A stretch of DNA of 64,000 nucleotides. Source: Candidatus Heimdallarchaeota archaeon. Lineage in GTDB: Archaea > Asgardarchaeota > Heimdallarchaeia > JABLTI01. The position numbers were made by a program, and so were the translations under genes. Below the pieces are notes generated by a model. That model did not search any database. It was not told the DNA's origin and saw only the letters and a program-made list of their open reading frames with translations. The stretch's first letter is position 1. Each line of letters starts with the position of its first letter. The stretch lies in assembly GCA_019058275.1 (NCBI GenBank), contig JAHLVW010000094.1, positions 91,070 through 155,069 on the forward strand, written 5' to 3'. This document shows, piece by piece, positions 1 to 10,358 of the stretch.

Positions 1-1
1 G

Positions 2-208
2 GATTATCTTCGGAAATTTAACAAGAAGGTAAAAGGAGCAATAATAATTACAACTCACTTTCTGGATGAAGCTGAATATGCTGATCGTGTAGGGTTTATG
101 CGTACTGCAAATATCATTGCTTTAGATACTCCAGATGCTCTCAAAAAACAAACTTCTTCTGTAACAATGGAGGAAGTGTTTCTAAAATTAGCTAAGGAGG
201 AAAACTAA
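2..208 (+). CDS. ABC transporter ATP-binding protein, C-terminal part (runs off window start)
   Basis: Manual translation DYLRKFNKKVKGAIIITTHFLDEAEYADRVGFMRTANIIALDTPDALKKQ...MEEVFLKL*: H-loop TTH..DEAE..DRV and EEVFL tail; abuts ABC-2 permease. Confidence 0.9.
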   Translation, partial: DYLRKFNKKVKGAIIITTHFLDEAEYADRVGFMRTANIIALDTPDALKKQTSSVTMEEVFLKLAKEEN

Positions 209-209
209 A

Positions 210-1346
210 GTGCGAATGACGTGGCTAGTCTCAACAAGAGTGTTTAAGTTCATATTACGAGATAAACGCTTAATCGCACTAATGTTAATAATTCCCGTTG
301 TTATGGCTTTAGTAATAGGTTATGGTTTCGGTGGAGAAATTGATCATGTCTCAGTTGCAATAATCAATCTTGATGAACCAACAGCAATACCGATATCCTT
401 TAGCAACCGTTTAATTGATTATCTTGATCTCAAAACAGATCTAGTTGATGTTACAAAGATAATTGATCCAACAATTGAAGATTGGGAAACAATAAAACAA
501 GCAGTTTTTGATGAAGAGTATTACGGAGTTATTTTGTTTCCAGAAGACTTTACTGATAATCTTGCAGCTAGATTACTGAATGGCACAGCAGTTGAAACAT
601 ACATAGATATATTTGTAGATAATTCTAACCCACAAATAAGTTCCTCAATTATTAAGGTTGTAAGCAAAGGTTTTCAAACAGAATTTGGTGAAAGTATGGG
701 TTTAACAATAAACACTGAATTTGCTTTTGATGAAACGCTTACACAATTACAGTATATGATACCTTCAATCATGCCTTTCGCAGTCTTCTTCATGTCTTTC
801 ATCCTTTCGATTATCTCATTAATTAATGAACGAAAAGCAGGAACCTTAGATTTACTTCTATTATCCCCATATCGTAAAATCAACATTATTCTTGGTTATA
901 TGATTCCGCTTTCAGCTGTTTCAATTATTCAAGCAACTATTCTTCTTCTCTTGACAATATTTGCTTTTAACGTACCAGTTGTAGGAGGAGTCGGAGCTTA
1001 TTTTGCAATCTATATTATGATGTTGTTGTGTGGTTGGTGCGGTATGGGACTAGGTTTCTTACTTTCAACTGTTGCAAAGAGTGAGCTTCAAGCAGTGCAA
1101 TTTATTCCTATGGTTATCTTCACAATGCTCTTACTATCAGGTATACTAATGCCATTAGAGACGTTACCAACATGGTTACTACCAATATCATACATGATAC
1201 CTTTAACATATGGAGCTGAATATCTGAGAACAGTAATGGTAGAAGGAACAGGTTTCCTATGGCACTGGCATATTGCTCCGGTCGTAGGATTTGTCGTACT
1301 GATGGTATTATTGTCTGCTCTAACATTGCGGGAAAGACAAATATAA
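210..1346 (+). CDS. ABC-2 type exporter permease
   Basis: N-terminal TM, large extracellular loop, 5 C-terminal TMs, ERKAGTLDLLLLSP and LSGILMPLETLP motifs. Confidence 0.92.
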   Translation: MRMTWLVSTRVFKFILRDKRLIALMLIIPVVMALVIGYGFGGEIDHVSVAIINLDEPTAIPISFSNRLIDYLDLKTDLVDVTKIIDPTIEDWETIKQAVFDEEYYGVILFPEDFTDNLAARLLNGTAVETYIDIFVDNSNPQISSSIIKVVSKGFQTEFGESMGLTINTEFAFDETLTQLQYMIPSIMPFAVFFMSFILSIISLINERKAGTLDLLLLSPYRKINIILGYMIPLSAVSIIQATILLLLTIFAFNVPVVGGVGAYFAIYIMMLLCGWCGMGLGFLLSTVAKSELQAVQFIPMVIFTMLLLSGILMPLETLPTWLLPISYMIPLTYGAEYLRTVMVEGTGFLWHWHIAPVVGFVVLMVLLSALTLRERQI

Positions 1347-1378
1347 AGAAATGGACAAACCATTTCTCTTCTTTTTTT
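1347..1378 (+). terminator. Hairpin plus U-tract terminator
   Basis: AGAAATGG (1347-1354) / CCATTTCT (1360-1367) perfect 8-bp stem followed by CTTCTTTTTTT directly after the stop codon. Confidence 0.65.
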
Positions 1379-1444
1379 CTTAAATCTTTATATTTCTGAA
1401 GATAAAAAAAGAGTGAAGAGAGGTTGATTAAACCTCCTAGTTTT

Positions 1445-2866
1445 CTACTTAACAATTCCAACTATTGATTTACTTGGGTCAAGTGTTTTTCTTGCGTCTT
1501 TCAAATCACTACGTAGATTTGCAGGCATTCTTGTAGGTAGATTAAATCCACTTTCTTCATCCTGAGCGTAAGCAAATACAAAAGTTAGGTAAGCTGTTTT
1601 CATAGGTCTAAATATGAAGAAAGTAGGAATATTTGCGAATATTACCATTGGAATTATGCAAATTAACATTGCTGTAGTCCAACTTAAAGAAGGAACTGCT
1701 GCTTTTACGATTAAACCAACAATTGCTCCAAGAATACCATAAATAAAGAAAGCGATCCATTGAACGATGGCCATAGCTCGTTGAACACCAGTTTCACGAA
1801 TGAGGACATCCATATAGTATTTCTTCAAAAGATTAAAACTACGGGTAACACCACTTCTGAAATTTAGTCCTTCCACAGTAATTGCTGGTAAGGTGAAATA
1901 TGTAAGATACTTGAATACAAAACCAACTATAGCTGCAATAGCACGAGCTAGAATTGCCAAAACCAAACCTGCAACATTACCTTTTGATTGAGAAGTCGTT
2001 GCAGCATTCCTTAACATTTGCTGAATCCAACTGACTATTGCAGTAATTGCTCCAAAGGCAAATATAGGACCAAATTGCCCTGCAACATTCCTTACACAGA
2101 ATTTCATATCCGGATCTCTTTTACGATACCATTCGTATGCATATGTTGTATTAATTGATTCAGCAATGTAGAAACTTCCATAATAGACAATTAATTGTAA
2201 TAATGAAGCAATTGAAGCTACGAGATATCCAGCCCAAACGAAAGATGTTTCATAGAAAATGGCTACCAAATATGCAAAAATAGATCCCATAGTTAGAAAG
2301 TTAATGACTGAAACCCAAGAGACAAAGAGTGGAGCTAAAATCATACCTTTTTCAGCTAACACTACTTCACCTGTGAACTTCATAAATTCTCCAGCTCTTT
2401 TGAACTTTCGAATATTTGTAAACATGCCAATAATAAGAAATACTACTGGTACTAGGGAAATCAATGCAATAAGTACACCACCAAATGGTATTGCTAAGAG
2501 TATTCCTACAACAGCTCCTATAATATAAACAGCGATTCCTGCGTAAACCAAGATGTGTCCGAATTTCTTAACCAAGAAAAGCAAAAGCCAACCTACGAGG
2601 AAACCAACAACCATCAATCCAACAACGATTAGGAGGATAACCCACCAGTATTGTTGAATCGTACCTCCAGCAATAATTAGAGCAACTACTGTAGTTAATA
2701 AATCACTAATAACTTCACCAAAAGTATCAGAAGTATTTGGAACTAACGTATTCCATAAAAGAATAAAACAAAGGATACCTATACCAAAGAAAATTAGCGA
2801 AACAAAAGTATAACCAAAAATTGCTTTTTTGTTTGCTGGTTTTGTTGTAATTTTACCAACAGTCAT
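1445..2866 (-). CDS. Multi-pass membrane protein, choline transporter-like (CTL/SLC44-related)
   Basis: ~10 TM helices; FGPIFAFGAITAIV and YFTLPAITVEGLNFRSGVTRSFNLLKK resemble CTL signatures (GSIAFGSLI; AYI.IAI.G..F..SA...F.LL). Confidence 0.55.
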   Translation of the reverse strand: MTVGKITTKPANKKAIFGYTFVSLIFFGIGILCFILLWNTLVPNTSDTFGEVISDLLTTVVALIIAGGTIQQYWWVILLIVVGLMVVGFLVGWLLLFLVKKFGHILVYAGIAVYIIGAVVGILLAIPFGGVLIALISLVPVVFLIIGMFTNIRKFKRAGEFMKFTGEVVLAEKGMILAPLFVSWVSVINFLTMGSIFAYLVAIFYETSFVWAGYLVASIASLLQLIVYYGSFYIAESINTTYAYEWYRKRDPDMKFCVRNVAGQFGPIFAFGAITAIVSWIQQMLRNAATTSQSKGNVAGLVLAILARAIAAIVGFVFKYLTYFTLPAITVEGLNFRSGVTRSFNLLKKYYMDVLIRETGVQRAMAIVQWIAFFIYGILGAIVGLIVKAAVPSLSWTTAMLICIIPMVIFANIPTFFIFRPMKTAYLTFVFAYAQDEESGFNLPTRMPANLRSDLKDARKTLDPSKSIVGIVK

Positions 2867-3078
2867 TTTTTAACCTCAAAAAATGTTTTTTGATTCTATT
2901 TAATGGTTACAACAATGACTTAAGAATATTATTGCGAATTAATCTGAAAGATACTTGGTTGCTAATGTAAGCAAATATTGCAAGAATCCTTTTAAAAGAA
3001 ATAAGCAGTCTTTTTGTTATATACTAAGCAAAGAGTTTAATGAATATTATTCATTGAATGTAATTAGTGGTGAACTAA

Positions 3079-4524
3079 ATGACTTTGGTTGTTCGAAATA
3101 CTCTTACTCGAAAAATGGAAGAATTCAAACCGCTAGTTGATGGTAAAGTTACTATGTATACTTGTGGTCCTACAGTTTATAGCACTCCACATATTGGTAA
3201 TTATAGAACTTTCTTCATGTCAGATATGATTCGTAGATATCTTGAATTCAAAGGCTATGAAGTCTTTCATTTAATGAACATCACAGATATTGACGATAAA
3301 ATAATCCGTGATATAAAAAAAGAGGAAGGTCTTTCTCTTAAGGAATTTACAGAGAAATACATTGATGTGTTCTTTGAAGGTATTGATTGGCTTAACATAA
3401 AACGTGCTCATTTATATCCCAGAGCTACTGATCACATTGAAGAAATGGTTGCAATGATCAAAACTCTTGAGGAAAAAGGGTTTGCGTATGAAACGGATGA
3501 TGGTGTTTATTTCAACATACGAAAGTTCAAAGAATATGGAAAGCTAGCGAATATTGATCTCGATTCTTTGCAAGTCGGTGAGCGAGCTAGAGCAGACACC
3601 TATGAAAAAGGAAGTGTTCAGGATTTCGCATTATGGAAGAAAAGCACTGAAGATGAACTAAAACGAAAGATATTCTATGAGAGTCTTTGGGGCAAGGGTC
3701 GTCCCGGTTGGTCTATAGAATGTTCAGTTATGTCAATGAAGTATTTAGGTGAAACACTGGATATTCATACAGGTGCTGTCGATCTAAAATTCCCACACCA
3801 TACGAATGAAATTGCCCAATCAGAAGCAACTACTGGAAAACTTTTTGTAAAATATTGGTTACATGGTGAATTCTTAAATCTAAAAGAGGAAAAAATGTCA
3901 AAATCACTTGGCAATGTTACTACACTTCATGTGCTAATGGATAAATTCGATGCTGATACAATTCGATATTTCTTCCTTTCAACAAGGTATGATGCTATAC
4001 TAGAGTTCACTGAGGACAAGATTATTGGAGTAAAAAATAGTGTAGACAGATTACGAACAACATATGAGAATGTTCAGAGCTATATGCGATCACTTACTCA
4101 AAAATCTCCTATGGGTAAACGAGAAGAAACGTTGCTCAAAGAAGCTCATAAAGTCAGGGAGAATTTCGAAAGAGATATGGACAAAAACTTTGACACACCA
4201 AAGGGACTCAAAGCTATTCATGAATTAGCAAAGGCTTTGAATAAATACATAGAAGGAGAAATCAACCACGGAACCTTAAGTGAAGCATTTGATATTTACA
4301 AATTACTACTCTCAATCTTTGGACTCTTTGAAAAGATCTCTGAAGGATCTCTCGCTGACAATAAAACTTACGATGAGTTACTAAAATTGATTATTGAGCT
4401 AAGAAATGAAGCTCGTAAAAAGGAAGATTATCCAACTAGTGACAAAATACGTGATAAGTTGGCTGAATTGAATATAGTTCTTGAAGATTCAGCAAAAGGA
4501 ACAATTTGGAAAATCAAGAAATAG
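3079..4524 (+). CDS. cysS: Cysteine--tRNA ligase
   Basis: YTCGPTVY, HIGN, GRPGWSIECS, DLKFPHHTNE and KMSKS motifs. Confidence 0.98.
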   Translation: MTLVVRNTLTRKMEEFKPLVDGKVTMYTCGPTVYSTPHIGNYRTFFMSDMIRRYLEFKGYEVFHLMNITDIDDKIIRDIKKEEGLSLKEFTEKYIDVFFEGIDWLNIKRAHLYPRATDHIEEMVAMIKTLEEKGFAYETDDGVYFNIRKFKEYGKLANIDLDSLQVGERARADTYEKGSVQDFALWKKSTEDELKRKIFYESLWGKGRPGWSIECSVMSMKYLGETLDIHTGAVDLKFPHHTNEIAQSEATTGKLFVKYWLHGEFLNLKEEKMSKSLGNVTTLHVLMDKFDADTIRYFFLSTRYDAILEFTEDKIIGVKNSVDRLRTTYENVQSYMRSLTQKSPMGKREETLLKEAHKVRENFERDMDKNFDTPKGLKAIHELAKALNKYIEGEINHGTLSEAFDIYKLLLSIFGLFEKISEGSLADNKTYDELLKLIIELRNEARKKEDYPTSDKIRDKLAELNIVLEDSAKGTIWKIKK

Positions 4525-4553
4525 TAGATTTAAGGAATCTACTTCTCTTTTTT
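4523..4553 (+). terminator. Hairpin plus U-tract terminator
   Basis: AGTAGATT (4523-4530) / AATCTACT (4536-4543) followed by TCTCTTTTTT. Confidence 0.65.
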
Positions 4554-4617
4554 AATTTCATTATATTAATAAAGTAAGATACATAAAGTCCATTTGCATT
4601 ATTGCATGTGAATTCTT

Positions 4618-4872
4618 ATGTTCGGGAACTATATTAGAAAATTAAAGGATAGAGAGTATGCTTTCGAGTTTGGTCGAAAAATGCAATGTCCTCATTGCAA
4701 AGAAAATGTTTCCTGGATAAAGGGATATATTGGTCAAGATCAAGGATTGAAATCACTAATTGGTACCAAAATAAACATCATGGTTATGGTTTTCCTTTGT
4801 CCAAATTGCGAAACAATACTAAATGCACAGCAAGTTGGTGTAGGAAATAAAATATTTGCAGATTTAAAATAA
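4618..4872 (+). CDS. Small zinc-ribbon protein
   Basis: CPHC and CPNC pairs in 84 aa. Confidence 0.7.
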   Translation: MFGNYIRKLKDREYAFEFGRKMQCPHCKENVSWIKGYIGQDQGLKSLIGTKINIMVMVFLCPNCETILNAQQVGVGNKIFADLK

Positions 4873-5068
4873 TCCTATCCAACAAAGATTCGATTTTTTT
4901 TCTTTTTACATTTTTTTGTCTATAAATGAGATTTTTTAAGGTACAAATCATTAGTTATATTCAAATATAATAGAAAAACTTGAAAAGCGTTTATGATTGC
5001 CGATTAACTAGTAAAAGTGAAAAATAATTCCTAAAATATCTGATATCCTTTGGGAAGAGTGAAATAAA

Positions 5069-7261
5069 ATGCCAACAAAGTCTAATATAAATCTAAAAGT
5101 TGCAGAAGCAAGACAAAGGGACATTGGAAGACAAAAAGTTCGAATTGATGGTCTTTCAATGCGACAAATTAATGTCACCACTGGTGATGTTGTCGAAATT
5201 AAGGGGAAAAAGGTCACAGCTGCAATTGCCTGGCCAGCATATCCAGAAGATCAAAATGCAGGTCTTATTAGAATGGATAAATTACTGAGAAACAATGCAG
5301 ATGTTGGATTATCCGAAAAAGTAACTGTAACAAAAGCAAATGCAAAGAATGCTAAAATAGTCACTTTAGCACCCTTCCAAACACCTGTAGCAATAGACTA
5401 TAGTTTTGAGAATTTTGTTAAAAGAAAATTACTAGGTTATCCACTAACAGAAGAAGATACTGTTTTAATTCCCATTTTAGGTAAATCTTTACCATTTACT
5501 GTAACCTCTACTACTCCCAAGGGTATTATTAGAATAACAGAGGATACTGAGCTAAAAGTAATTGACAAACCAGTTCAAGTTTCTGACAAAGCACTGCCCA
5601 GAACCTCCTATGAAGATATTGGTGGTTTAGGTGACCAGATTCGCAGGATTCGTGAAATGGTAGAACTTCCTATGAAACACCCAGAACTTTTCCATAAGCT
5701 GGGAATTGATCCGCCAAAAGGAGTTCTTTTACACGGACCACCTGGCTGTGGTAAAACATTGATTGCAAAAGCAGTAGCTAATGAAAGTGCTGCAAATTTC
5801 ACAACAATTAATGGTCCTGAAATCATGTCCAAGTTTTATGGTGAATCAGAACAAAGACTTCGTCAAATTTTCAAAGATGCATCTGCAAAAGCTCCAACAA
5901 TAGTTTTCATTGATGAATTAGATGCTATCGCTAGTAAGAGAGCTGATGTTACAGGCGAGGTTGAACGAAGAGTTGTAGCTCAGCTATTAGCACTTATGGA
6001 TGGCATGGTATCTCGAGGAGAAGTTTTAGTCATAGGAGCAACCAATAGACCTAATGTAATTGATCCTGCTTTAAGAAGGCCAGGTCGATTTGATCGAGAA
6101 ATCGAAATAGGAGTTCCTGATCGAGATGGCAGACGAGAAATCTTACAAATCCACTCAAGAGGTATGCCTTTAGCAGAAGATGCTAATTTAGATCTAATCG
6201 CTGAAAAGACTCACGGATTTGTAGGAGCAGATTTACAGGCACTATGTCGTGAATCAGCTATGAAAGCTTTGCGACGCTTCCTACCAGATATCGATTTTGC
6301 TGATAAAATAATTACACCAGAATTACTAGATAAGCTAGAAGTTACTCAAGAAGACTTCCAATCAGCTATGAAAGAAGTCCAACCTTCTGCAATTAGAGAA
6401 GTATTTACGGAAATTCCAAACATTAGATGGACGGATGTTGGAGGTTTAGATAATCAAATAAGAGAATTAAAGGAAGCAATTGAATGGCCCCTTAAATTTA
6501 AAGAATCATTTTCAAGAATGGGCATTCGACCTCCACGTGGAGTTTTGTTATTTGGTCCTCCTGGTTGTGGCAAGACTTTGCTTGCAAAAGCTGTTGCAAC
6601 AGAGAGCGAAGTTAATTTCATTAGTATTAAAGGACCTGAGGTTATGAGCAAATGGGTGGGCGAGTCTGAGAAAGCAGTTAGGGAAATCTTCAGAAAGGCA
6701 AAAATATCTGCTCCAACCATTGTTTTCTTTGATGAGATAGATGCATTAGCACCAAAAAGAGGTAGCGGTTTTGGTGATTCTGGAACAACTGAAAGGGTCA
6801 TTAGCCAATTGCTAACAGAAATTGATGGTTTGGAAATGATTAAGCAAGTGGTCATTATTGCAGCAACTAATCGTCCTGATATTGTTGATAATGCTCTATT
6901 AAGGCCTGGTAGGTTTGACAGATTCGTTCTAATACCACCACCTAATCAAAAATCAAGATTGAAAATTCTCAAAATCTTTACCAAAGAAATGCCATTAGAT
7001 GACACTGTTGATCTAAAACAAATAGTAAAAGAAATTGACGGATTTTCTGGAGCTGATATAGAATCTCTGTGCAGAGAAGCTGCAATGTTAGCATTACGTG
7101 AGGATATGAACGCCAGTAAAGTTTGTGCAATACATTTCGATGCTGCAAAGAAGAAAGTTCATGCTTCAATAACTCCAGAAACAATGAAATATTACGAGAA
7201 ATCCGTAGAGAAATTCAAACGAGCTTCGGTAGAAATAGCTGAACTTAAACCAATAATATAA
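5069..7261 (+). CDS. cdc48: CDC48/VCP (p97/VAT) family AAA+ ATPase
   Basis: N-domain plus two AAA modules (GPPGCGKT twice, IDELD/FDEID Walker [11 protein letters not shown] second region of homology). Confidence 0.97.
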   Translation: MPTKSNINLKVAEARQRDIGRQKVRIDGLSMRQINVTTGDVVEIKGKKVTAAIAWPAYPEDQNAGLIRMDKLLRNNADVGLSEKVTVTKANAKNAKIVTLAPFQTPVAIDYSFENFVKRKLLGYPLTEEDTVLIPILGKSLPFTVTSTTPKGIIRITEDTELKVIDKPVQVSDKALPRTSYEDIGGLGDQIRRIREMVELPMKHPELFHKLGIDPPKGVLLHGPPGCGKTLIAKAVANESAANFTTINGPEIMSKFYGESEQRLRQIFKDASAKAPTIVFIDELDAIASKRADVTGEVERRVVAQLLALMDGMVSRGEVLVIGATNRPNVIDPALRRPGRFDREIEIGVPDRDGRREILQIHSRGMPLAEDANLDLIAEKTHGFVGADLQALCRESAMKALRRFLPDIDFADKIITPELLDKLEVTQEDFQSAMKEVQPSAIREVFTEIPNIRWTDVGGLDNQIRELKEAIEWPLKFKESFSRMGIRPPRGVLLFGPPGCGKTLLAKAVATESEVNFISIKGPEVMSKWVGESEKAVREIFRKAKISAPTIVFFDEIDALAPKRGSGFGDSGTTERVISQLLTEIDGLEMIKQVVIIAATNRPDIVDNALLRPGRFDRFVLIPPPNQKSRLKILKIFTKEMPLDDTVDLKQIVKEIDGFSGADIESLCREAAMLALREDMNASKVCAIHFDAAKKKVHASITPETMKYYEKSVEKFKRASVEIAELKPII

Positions 7262-7402
7262 AACTAAAAGTTAGCACTACTAGCTTCTTTACAATTTCTT
7301 TGTATATTCCATAATTTTTTAAAGGGTATAAACCACATTGTAAAATGAGAATTTTCCTCAATTTTTTACTGATTAACCTATTTATGGAGTTTTATATTTA
7401 AA

Positions 7403-7675
7403 ATGTCAAAAGAGAAAGCAGCTATCTGGAAAACTATGCCCTTAGCAACAGCAGTTCTTATGGCTATTCAGAAAAGACAAGGCGTTTTGCTAGATGATGA
7501 ACTACTAAAAATCCTTTCCATGGAATTTGGTGAAGTATCTAAAACAGAAATCAATGAAATTTTGATGGAGTTAGAAATAAGAGGACTAATTCATGTTAGT
7601 TATATCACCAAAACCAAAAGACGCATTGAGCTTATAGGAAAAGATATGGTTTACATGGCTGTAGGTGAAGACTAA
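7403..7675 (+). CDS. Small winged-helix protein downstream of cdc48
   Basis: wHTH pattern EINEILMELEIRGLIHV plus wing. Confidence 0.75.
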   Translation: MSKEKAAIWKTMPLATAVLMAIQKRQGVLLDDELLKILSMEFGEVSKTEINEILMELEIRGLIHVSYITKTKRRIELIGKDMVYMAVGED

Positions 7676-7687
7676 AAAAATTCTTTT

Positions 7688-7708
7688 GTAGCGTGAAAAA
7701 CACGCTAC
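7688..7708. terminator. Hairpin between convergent genes
   Basis: GTAGCGTG-AAAAA-CACGCTAC perfect 8-bp stem. Confidence 0.55.
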
Positions 7709-7721
7709 CGATATTCTTATT

Positions 7722-8384
7722 CTATGCTCCGCTTCTTTCACGTTCTATTTTCTTTCGGAGCTCGGATATTTCATCCCCAATTTCATCGTCTTCTTCTTTT
7801 ACTTTTGTTTTAGTTGGTTTAGTTGATACTCCTACATCTGGGAGTTCATCAACTTGACCTAAAGACAATTCCATTTCTAATTCTTTCATTTCTAGGTCGA
7901 TCATATCTTCCATATCGATATCCAATTCTGTTTCGGAGAATGAAGTATCTGATAATGCTTCAGAAGCGAACGATACCTTTTCCATGGATGATTGCATTTC
8001 AAACATAGCCCTTTCAGTATCTGCAGGAGTTACATCTTTGAGCGTATCTTCTATAACTACAACCCCTTCTTTTATTGCATGAGTGGTTTCTGCAACATCC
8101 TTAGCTTCTGAAATGGATTCAATCATTCCTTGTAAATTGAGAATTTTATTTTGAGTTTCGTTTAATTTCTTAAGATAAAGCTGACGTCTCATTAGTGCTT
8201 GTTTTGCTCCAGCTTTATTACCACTTTTCATCATATCTCGAGCAATATCTTTCTGCTCATCGGATTGTTGGGTTAACCTTCTAGATTGGAGAGTATATTT
8301 GTTAATTACTCTTCTAATTTTAGCAATACTTTCAGTATCTTTAGGTTGATCTTTTCCGAAAAGCCAGTTTTTGATCTTGGGCAT
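7722..8384 (-). CDS. Snf7/ESCRT-III family protein (Vps20/32/60-like)
   Basis: N-terminal amphipathic WLFG, basic coiled coil GNKAGAKQALMRRQLY, acidic C-half, ELPDV MIM2-like motif. Confidence 0.88.
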   Translation of the reverse strand: MPKIKNWLFGKDQPKDTESIAKIRRVINKYTLQSRRLTQQSDEQKDIARDMMKSGNKAGAKQALMRRQLYLKKLNETQNKILNLQGMIESISEAKDVAETTHAIKEGVVVIEDTLKDVTPADTERAMFEMQSSMEKVSFASEALSDTSFSETELDIDMEDMIDLEMKELEMELSLGQVDELPDVGVSTKPTKTKVKEEDDEIGDEISELRKKIERERSGA

Positions 8385-8449
8385 GCTTTTATTACCAACC
8401 AGTTATTTTTTTGACAATTTTTTTTATTATTTTTTGGTTTCTTCCCTTT

Positions 8450-9477
8450 CTATGTTCCGAGCCTTCTTTTCATCGAACTGGTAGCATTCTTCAAGTCAGC
8501 ATTGCTCATGAGAGGGAATTGATGCTTCTCAGCATCTTTGGTACATTCAAGATTTCTCTTTTTTGTTACCGATTCTGAGATTTCCTTTAAGATTATTCTG
8601 TCATTCACAATTTTTAATGTTCCCATATAATACTCATTTATTGCTAAGTTCACCATTATTAATAAATGGGTTCTTAATGAAGTTTTTTTATAACTCATTG
8701 CTTCTACTATGCGAGTTAACTTGTTGGAATGATATATAAAGTTATACAATTTGTAAGCGGAATCACTTCTTTTTTCAATTTCTTGTGCTAACTCTTGGAA
8801 ATCTATTTCCCCATTGATTATGTCATATCTTGATTTGGTCTGCAAAACTTTTTTCCTTGTAATGTAAGATGCAATGGAATCATAACGTTTGATCAATCTG
8901 ATTAGTTGATTATCATTCAAATTGTTTCCGTGGTGGTTTAGACAAGCTTCTCGAACCTCTTCATCAAGTATCGTAACTTGTTTATAGATTTTACTTGGAT
9001 GTTTCTCAGTATGAACAAAGTCATGAAGCATAAGAGCAATCAGTAAACGCTGTAAAGATCTTGGATAATTAACTCCTAATCCTTTTCGAATCCTGAGTTT
9101 CCTTCTACGAGAAATTACCTTCTTTTTGTATGCTTCAACTTTGTAATTTAACCATTTCACTTTTCCAAATCCTTGATTTCTCTTGCTTCCTAAGTTATCG
9201 AATGCCAGTATTCGTTCTATTTTTTCTTTACCCCTCTTTTCGTTATGATCAACACAAGTTACTTTGACAAATCCGCGAAAAGCTTTCAAAACAATTGGCG
9301 CCTTTCGTTCTCCCCTTACTAGTTTTCCAACATAACTCCTGCGAGGTTTTTTCTTTGTTGCAAATCCCCTACTATCTTAAACCAACACCCATGTTTCTTA
9401 AAAAATGGAGAAGAAGATACAAGAGGAGTAAGTAGTTTCCCTTCCAAAGCGAAGAGTTTCTTTTCTTGTGTTACCAT
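8450..9477 (-). CDS. Cas5-like RAMP fused to Cas10-type permuted HD nuclease (~342 aa; -1 frameshift, probably at the G4 run 9366-9369)
   Basis: ATG at 9477 overlaps the upstream stop and gives RAMP beta1 ALEGKLLTPL; one added G joins it to ORF 8450-9289 with G-loop LGSKRNQGFGKV, then LHD, NHH, YDSIAS and C-terminal SLRTHL. Confidence 0.8.
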
Positions 9478-10229
9478 GCTTCCTCCATTTGCTTCCAGAG
9501 GTTTCGTTCTTTTTCCTCCTCGATTATTTTACCATTTTTTCCAATTGTTCTTGTCCGAAAAACTTCTTGGAGAACAATCTCCAGTAATTCAATTTTACCT
9601 GAGCCATTGTTTACACTTCCTCCGAGTCCAAGTTCAGGCATGAATAGTATCGCTTTGAGAAGAAATCCTAGTTCTTCTTGTTTTAGTTCCTCGTTGAAAT
9701 CTATTATGAATGTGAATTCTCCAGAGAAATATCGTTCCCCGAAATCTTGCATTGCTTGTTTTAAACCATGTGTTAAACTATTTCTTGTTTCAGTTGCTAT
9801 GTGCACTTTTTGTGCATCCCCATTCTCCCCTTTTGAATATGTTGAAACAATAACTACTGGTTCGAATTTTACTCGAGAAAATCTTTTTATTGACCCCATA
9901 ATACTATGCCAAATACATTCACTTTCAGGGAAACACGCACCATTTGGATGGAATCCTTCTGGGAGTAGTTTTTCCCCACTTTGTGTTTCTGTTTTATCTG
10001 AAGAGTGACAGATCTCTACTCCTTGTTGTTTTGCTATTGCCATCATGGAGTGATTAAGTAATCCTCTTATCCCTTTCACTAAGTATCTTTTCCCATCGTT
10101 TCCATTTTCTCCATTTGTTCCTAGGAGTAGTAAGTTGTTTACTTTTCCTCCGGAAAACGCTCCATTTCCTGTCTTAGTAATGGGTGTTCTTACTCTTACT
10201 TTTATTCGCTTAAATTTTCTCGAAACCAT
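9471..10229 (-). CDS. Cas7-group RAMP (Csm3-like)
   Basis: VRVRTPI beta1, GIRGLL helix motif, Cys/His cluster ending IMGS, C-terminal G-rich loop GLGGSVNNGSGKI. Confidence 0.82.
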   Translation of the reverse strand: MVSRKFKRIKVRVRTPITKTGNGAFSGGKVNNLLLLGTNGENGNDGKRYLVKGIRGLLNHSMMAIAKQQGVEICHSSDKTETQSGEKLLPEGFHPNGACFPESECIWHSIMGSIKRFSRVKFEPVVIVSTYSKGENGDAQKVHIATETRNSLTHGLKQAMQDFGERYFSGEFTFIIDFNEELKQEELGFLLKAILFMPELGLGGSVNNGSGKIELLEIVLQEVFRTRTIGKNGKIIEEEKERNLWKQMEEAW

Positions 10230-10262
10230 GTTTTTTCACCTTTTCTCTTAAATTCATTTTTC

Positions 10263-10342
10263 AAGATATGTTCATCGTGCATATCTTTAGTATATACTTT
10301 GTATATGGCAAACATTATTTATAAATATTCCTACCATATACA
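10263..10342. promoter_or_regulatory. Divergent promoter with operator-like inverted repeats
   Basis: AAGATATG/CATATCTT (10263-10287), palindrome AGTATATACT (10289-10298), TGTATATGG/CCATATACA (10300-10342) bracketing TATA-like TTTATAAATA. Confidence 0.6.
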
Positions 10343-10358
10343 TGTGGAGACAATTATT

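Noticed and set aside
9466-10008. Antisense and nested ORFs such as 9466-10008, 33690-34256 and 44180-44731
   Set aside because: They are shadows of well-supported genes on the opposite strand, with Ser/Phe-rich non-protein-like composition
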